From positions 1,013-65,012 of the forward strand of contig JBDXCV010000014.1 in NCBI GenBank assembly GCA_039980135.1: a DNA stretch of 64,000 nucleotides, read 5' to 3'. The DNA is from Alphaproteobacteria bacterium (lineage in GTDB: Bacteria; Pseudomonadota; Alphaproteobacteria; UBA6615). This document shows, piece after piece, positions 62,801-64,000 of this stretch (position 1 is its first letter; each line of letters begins with the position of its first letter). A model generated the notes under the pieces. The model saw nothing but the letters and a program-made list of their open reading frames with translations. It did not search any database and had not been told where the DNA came from. The position numbers were made by a program, and so were the translations under genes.

Positions 62801-64000
62801 CCGAGGCATCGACGGAAAGCGCCCCATAGGCGCCCGCGCCGCCGCCATCGACTGACCAGCTGAGGACCGCGCCATCGTCGACATCGTTTCCGTTGAGCTG
62901 ACCAGTCACCGTGTTCGTGGCGTCATCCTCAACGACCGTGCCCGATGATGCGCCCGTGATTACCGGCGCGTCGTTCACCGGCGTGACCGTGATGTTCACC
63001 GTCGCTTCGGACGAACCGCCGTTCCCGTCGGACATGACGTAGGTGAAGCTGTCGGTGCCGTTGAAATCGGCATCGGGCACATACCGGTACCCGTTGCCGG
63101 AGAGGCCCGGCTCGCTCTGCAGCGTGCCATGGGTTGGCTGGGTCACCGACAGGAGCCGCAGCGTATCGCCGGCATCGGTATCGGTATCGTTGACCAGCGG
63201 CGTGATCACGACGAAACCGTCCTCGTCGACATTCACCGCATCGTCCACTGCCACCGGCAAGTCGTTCTCGCCCTCGACGGTGAGCGTCACGGTTGCGGAG
63301 GCAGTGCCACCATTGCCGTCGCTGATCGTGTAGGTGAACGTGTCGTCGAGCGTCTCGCCCGCACCCAGCCCCTGGATCGCCGCCGCGGCGGTCGGATCGT
63401 AAGTGATGTCGGTGCCATCGAAACTGACCGCGGCGCCATTGGCGCTGAGCGCGCTGACCCCCGTCATGGTGATGGGATCGCCGTCGGGATCGCTGTCATT
63501 GGCGAGAAGTTCGGCCGCCGAGATGCCAACCGGCAGATCCTCCGTCACCGTCGAGCCACCAGCGATATTGCCGGCCGCGAAGCTGGTGACATTATTCGCA
63601 ATGACCACGGAATCGGCGAAAGTGCCGTCGCCGTTGCCCTCGTGCAGAATGAGTTCAAAACCGGTTGCGGTCAGCAGGTCGAGATCCCCGTCACCGTCTA
63701 GATCGACGAGTTCCTGCTGCCACGCATCCTGGCCTTCCTCGAAGACACCGAACTGGGCCGTGAACGTCGTTTCCGGGTCGCCGAAATTATCCTCGACGTC
63801 GGCCAAAAAAAGATTCTCACCGGCGACAATGTCGCCATCTCCATCGCCATCGATATCACCAACGGCGAGACCGACACCGGTAAAGCCGTCCGGGAAACTA
63901 AAAGTGTCCGCAAGCAACTGCGCTTCGCCGAAACCAAAATCGTCGGATGGCCAGTACCAGATCGAGCTGTTCTCGAGTATGACAAGCTCATCAGCACCAT
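53850..64000 (-). CDS. Giant secreted adhesin-like protein: FG-GAP beta-propellers, VCBS/cadherin-like repeats, C-type lectin domain, RTX-like C-terminus; N-terminal end outside the window (at least 3383 codons visible)
   Basis: The track ORF starts at a TTG (63917), but the same frame has no stop up to nt 64000 (GADELVILENSSIWYWPSDDFGFGEAQL precedes it). Many copies of DSFTYTxSDGNGGxDTATVTxTVxPVNDAP are present, along with DxDGDGDxD propeller loops. The C-terminus is ISGGGGDDLFQFDNGDGDDTVTDF...VTLIGVQKADLHDDDFLF. Confidence 0.9.
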   Translation of the reverse strand, partial: GADELVILENSSIWYWPSDDFGFGEAQLLADTFSFPDGFTGVGLAVGDIDGDGDGDIVAGENLFLADVEDNFGDPETTFTAQFGVFEEGQDAWQQELVDLDGDGDLDLLTATGFELILHEGNGDGTFADSVVIANNVTSFAAGNIAGGSTVTEDLPVGISAAELLANDSDPDGDPITMTGVSALSANGAAVSFDGTDITYDPTAAAAIQGLGAGETLDDTFTYTISDGNGGTASATVTLTVEGENDLPVAVDDAVNVDEDGFVVITPLVNDTDTDAGDTLRLLSVTQPTHGTLQSEPGLSGNGYRYVPDADFNGTDSFTYVMSDGNGGSSEATVNITVTPVNDAPVITGASSGTVVEDDATNTVTGQLNGNDVDDGAVLSWSVDGGGAGAYGALSVDASGQWTYTLDNSTHDLEDLDTGETATETFDVTVTDEHGAMDTQTVSVTIDGNTDNFAPVAFDDAILRIDSTLDVFSPQWGSDTTKVSFQNQDGTFLRVTENTRANESRDVSIADFDGDGDEDAFIAAEDGTSQVLLNDGDGGFVLGQEIGGTLFASATGDFDGDGDIDLVVGSDSGESNEVLLNDGNGVFTAHQTLNSLPSRDIEVADMNGDGIDDILVSTLTRGQVFAGDGAGNFAEISGWDLGSNPQAWDISLGDVDGDGDLDLVAGNVVTNISGTATARLFLNNGDGTLSGPSPAFTYDGGILSLDLGDIDGDGDADVVIGRTSGDGDSIVLRSNGNGNFTEIQALAGSGDGVHETRLVDMNDDGVLDIVQAGVSGTYLWDGNGDGTFGARQTLDAGEARSVGIGDFDTHGISFIPNEDEPLVIAGDDLLANDLDIEGDTLSISGLDSDGALTATSANGAAVTLDPVSGNITYDPTAAAGVQALADRETLFDTFTYTISDGNGGTDNATVTVEVSGADVVSGDVQEDVALGTSGDMDTADPDDAETAIWTVDGGGAGTYGDLSVDANGTWTYDLRNGDANVQALAEGEAHDEVFTVVVADEFGPIDSRLVTVTVTGTNDAPEITFTAGNDSATVVEDDASNTVTGQLTGADVDNGAVLSWSVDGGGAGVYGALSVDASGQWTYSLDNSIPALADLDTGETVDEVFTVVVTDVHGALDSQTVTVTIDGNTDPDAQDDAVSGDEDTVISGDVLADNGNGADSTVNAGTLTVSLLGDVSNGTLVLNGDGTFDYTPDPDFDGTDSFTYEISDSSGGADSATATITLNPVNDAPVAFDDGFVGDEDTAVTGNLFADNGNGEDFDVDNFSLRTEAGTFPTTSGGSVEIAVNGDFTYTPVANFNGIDSFTYELTDNDGATDTATATITVNPVNDAPTAQNDAFSGDEDTVISGNVLADNGNGADSDLDGDTLTVSLTSDVSNGTLVLNLDGSFDYTPDADFFGTDSFIYEVSDGNGGTDTATATMTVDNINDAPVAQDDSVSGDEDTVSSFDVLADNGNGVDSDADGDSLEVTAVDGVSALGAVVSFDAVTGEISYDPTSAAAIQALVEGETINDGFTYTVSDGNGATDTAIVTVVVQGANEAPVVSFSAETSNVVEDQPGALSDITISDADSSKSTVTLTVNTGELVLGATAGLTVVDGDGSDGTLTLFGETVNINAALTHLDYLGNQDFFGTDTLTVTATDPDGTTGTGLHDIEVEGVNDAPVSIDDAILRLEPTLDVFVPQWDSELTKVLFQNQDGTFTRVTENTRGNESWDVSIADFDGDGDEDAFIAAEDGTSQVLLNDGDGGFVLGQQISGGLLASATGDFDGDGDIDLVVGSEFLESNEVLLNDGSGVFTAHQSLGLLESRDIEVADVNGDGIDDLVVSTMARGTVFAGDGDGNFAEISNWNLGAFPQAWDVSLGDVDGDGDLDLLVGNVITNGLGNATARLFLNSGDGTFTGPSSAFEYGSGILSLDLGDIDGDGDADVVFGRTLGGGNSIVLRSDGDGSFTQVQALDSSGNGVHEIRFVDMNDDGVLDIVQAGVSGAFLWDGNGDGTFGARQTLDVGAARAFGIGDFDLHGEPRVAREDAPFVIAGDDLLANDLDIEGDTLSISGLDSDGVLTALSANGATVTLDPVSGNITYDPTAAAGVQALAEGEPLFDTFTYTISDGNGGTDSATVTIEVAGANDVPDAVDDSIVTDADTIVSGDVLADNGNGADSDVDASDILTVSLISDVSNGQLDLHPNGSFKYTPDAGFSGTDSFVYEISDGNGGTDTSTATITVNAPNVAPVAVDDAISGDEDTVISGDVLADNSNGADSDANGDVLTVSLVSGVSNGTLVLNGDGTFDYTPNADFNGADSFTYQIDDGNGGADTATATLTVNPVNDAPVAADDAFAMDEDDFLSGNVLADNGNGADSDIDGDSLTVSLVGDVSNGSLTLNRDGSFDYQPGLDFNGSDGFTYQVNDGNGGIDTATATITVAPVNDIPDAPTELTFLIDENSPVGTVLGQVVGSDVDGDTLIYSIVGGNDNGSYEIDPATGVITVVDNTLLDFETFPAEGISVRVSDGEFFPPPTLVIAALVDVNEAPVITGDHTITASEDMTPTVLTTADLGAFDPDDVDNAVTFTVTGSPANGALSASSFTLADIIAGTVTYTHDGGETSSDSFTVQVSDDDPATGGTATINIGITNVNDAPAITGDHTITASEDMTPTVLTTADLGAFDPDDADSAVTFTVTGSPSNGVLSASSFTLADIIAGTVSYTHDGGEASSDSFTVQVSDDEPSSGGTATINIGITPVNDAPVAVDDAFSDLAGFTYNPDNGHWYKWTDAELFWTDAAFAAFDEGGHLATITSQEENDFIQGLIGAGEIAWIGGDDIASEGTWQWSVGAEAGTVFWNGSPTGAYENWGPGEPNNGAGGNEDWLMIAADTGLWNDAPGNASMGYIVEVGDDILSDEDEISIVDTADLLANDFDIEGDTLTVTSVSATSAFGAAITLNGDGTITYDPTGAAALQSLEDGEFVVDSITYTITDGNGGFDTATVSGAIVGATDGPDAEDDTIVIDEEETIVIDVLANDSHPEGRPLTPIASTNPLHGFLTFDAGTNEYTYTANLDFAGTDSFEYTIVDDVGGQDTATVNITVNPVNDAPVFGGDHQVTVNQSGLVVLSTLDLSAFDPDDADVDVTFVLNGAPAGGSLTNGGVALSNGQSFTLADILSGDIAYDHAGATAADDSFIVELLDDDLASGGTATIDINVVSPPAPPVAVTDNYVISSTVNVFMDLTANDTDPNDDPLSPIASTNPVNGFLGFNGADETYFYIPTAGFTGTDSFTYTITDGNSGFDTGTVNISILADGDPLIGTAADEVLQGSSLDDTISGGGGDDLFQFDNGDGDDTVTDFTAGAGSDDRLDVSEFGFTDLADLLASTNDSGVDTVIDLDTDDSVTLIGVQKADLHDDDFLF
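55815..56450 (-). repeat. Two near-identical tandem 318-nt (106-codon) cadherin-like modules
   Basis: Copy 1 (56133-56450) encodes APVITGDHTITASEDMTPTVLTTADLGAFDPDDVDNAVTF...INIGITNVND. Copy 2 (55815-56132) encodes APAITGDHTITASEDMTPTVLTTADLGAFDPDDADSAVTF...INIGITPVND. Long runs are nucleotide-identical (for example 56083-56124 matches 56401-56442). Confidence 0.9.
57652..59020 (-). repeat. Intragenic 1.37-kb repeat, copy B
   Basis: It encodes DDAILRLEPTLDVFVPQWDSE ... TYTISDGNGGTDSATVTIEV, offset exactly 3606 nt (1202 codons) from copy A. Confidence 0.9.
61258..62626 (-). repeat. Intragenic 1.37-kb repeat, copy A (seven-blade FG-GAP propeller plus one VCBS-type module)
   Basis: It encodes DDAILRIDSTLDVFSPQWGSD ... 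TYTISDGNGGTDNATVTVEV. By eye the protein is about 85% identical to copy B. The shadow ORFs 61384..61689 and 57778..58083 are near-identical. Confidence 0.9.

Noticed and set aside
53900-63900. Highly periodic DNA that could be mistaken for a CRISPR array or a satellite
   Set aside because: The periodicity is about 300 nt, it is in-frame, and it encodes VCBS/cadherin-like protein modules. There are no short direct repeats with unique spacers.
63698-64000. 100-aa minus ORF starting exactly at the window edge (MVLMSLSYSRT...)
   Set aside because: It is out of frame with, and fully overlapped by, the continuing giant adhesin frame. The sequence is low-complexity.
1-64000. Search for tRNA/rRNA genes, IS elements, integrases, toxin-antitoxin or defence-system genes
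   Set aside because: I found none by reading both strands. Every sizeable ORF is accounted for by housekeeping, transport, metabolic or adhesin genes, so I make no mobile-element or defence-island claim.

Overview
This is a 64-kb chromosomal segment of roughly 55-62% GC (judged by eye). Its gene content looks alphaproteobacterial, but the taxon cannot be proven from the sequence. I saw no rRNA, tRNA, CRISPR array, transposase, integrase or phage genes.

Both window edges cut giant Ca2+-binding secreted-protein genes on the minus strand:
- 1..3324 is an RTX/DUF4114 protein of at least 1108 aa. It is absent from the supplied ORF track because its stop codon lies outside the window.
- 53850..64000 is an adhesin of at least 3383 aa with FG-GAP propeller, VCBS/cadherin-like and C-type-lectin modules. 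Its reading frame is still open at nt 64000.

Between them, in order:
- an EamA transporter;
- an HDAC-like/DUF192 pair;
- a TPP riboswitch driving a thiZ-thiX-thiY type pyrimidine ABC importer;
- an Atm1-like ABC exporter;
- a translationally coupled 10-gene Mrp-like operon in Mbh/Mbx gene order (E-F-G-DUF4040/B-B-C-D-D-small-D) with no redox module;
- an orphan TRAP binding protein, a LysR regulator, and a CoA-transferase / acyl-CoA dehydrogenase / ThDP-enzyme cluster;
- a complete form-II (AYRGAGR) coxG-S-L-M-D-E / XdhC / MocA molybdo-hydroxylase cluster;
- several small secreted Sel1/TPR proteins around an orphan FlgC-like rod protein;
- a multi-His membrane / 2Fe-2S / class III nucleotide cyclase;
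- SapC;
- a GldA/F/G-like ABC-2 system with DUF4340;
- TauE with an unknown membrane protein;
- SDR, esterase and acyl-CoA ligase genes, and a GST.

Most long ORFs opposite these genes are GC-driven antisense shadows. None of the candidates below can be shown to be truly undescribed without database searches. The most unusual are the stand-alone Mbh-order Mrp module, the Sel1/TPR/FlgC-like knot, the redox-type cyclase and the lectin-bearing giant adhesin.
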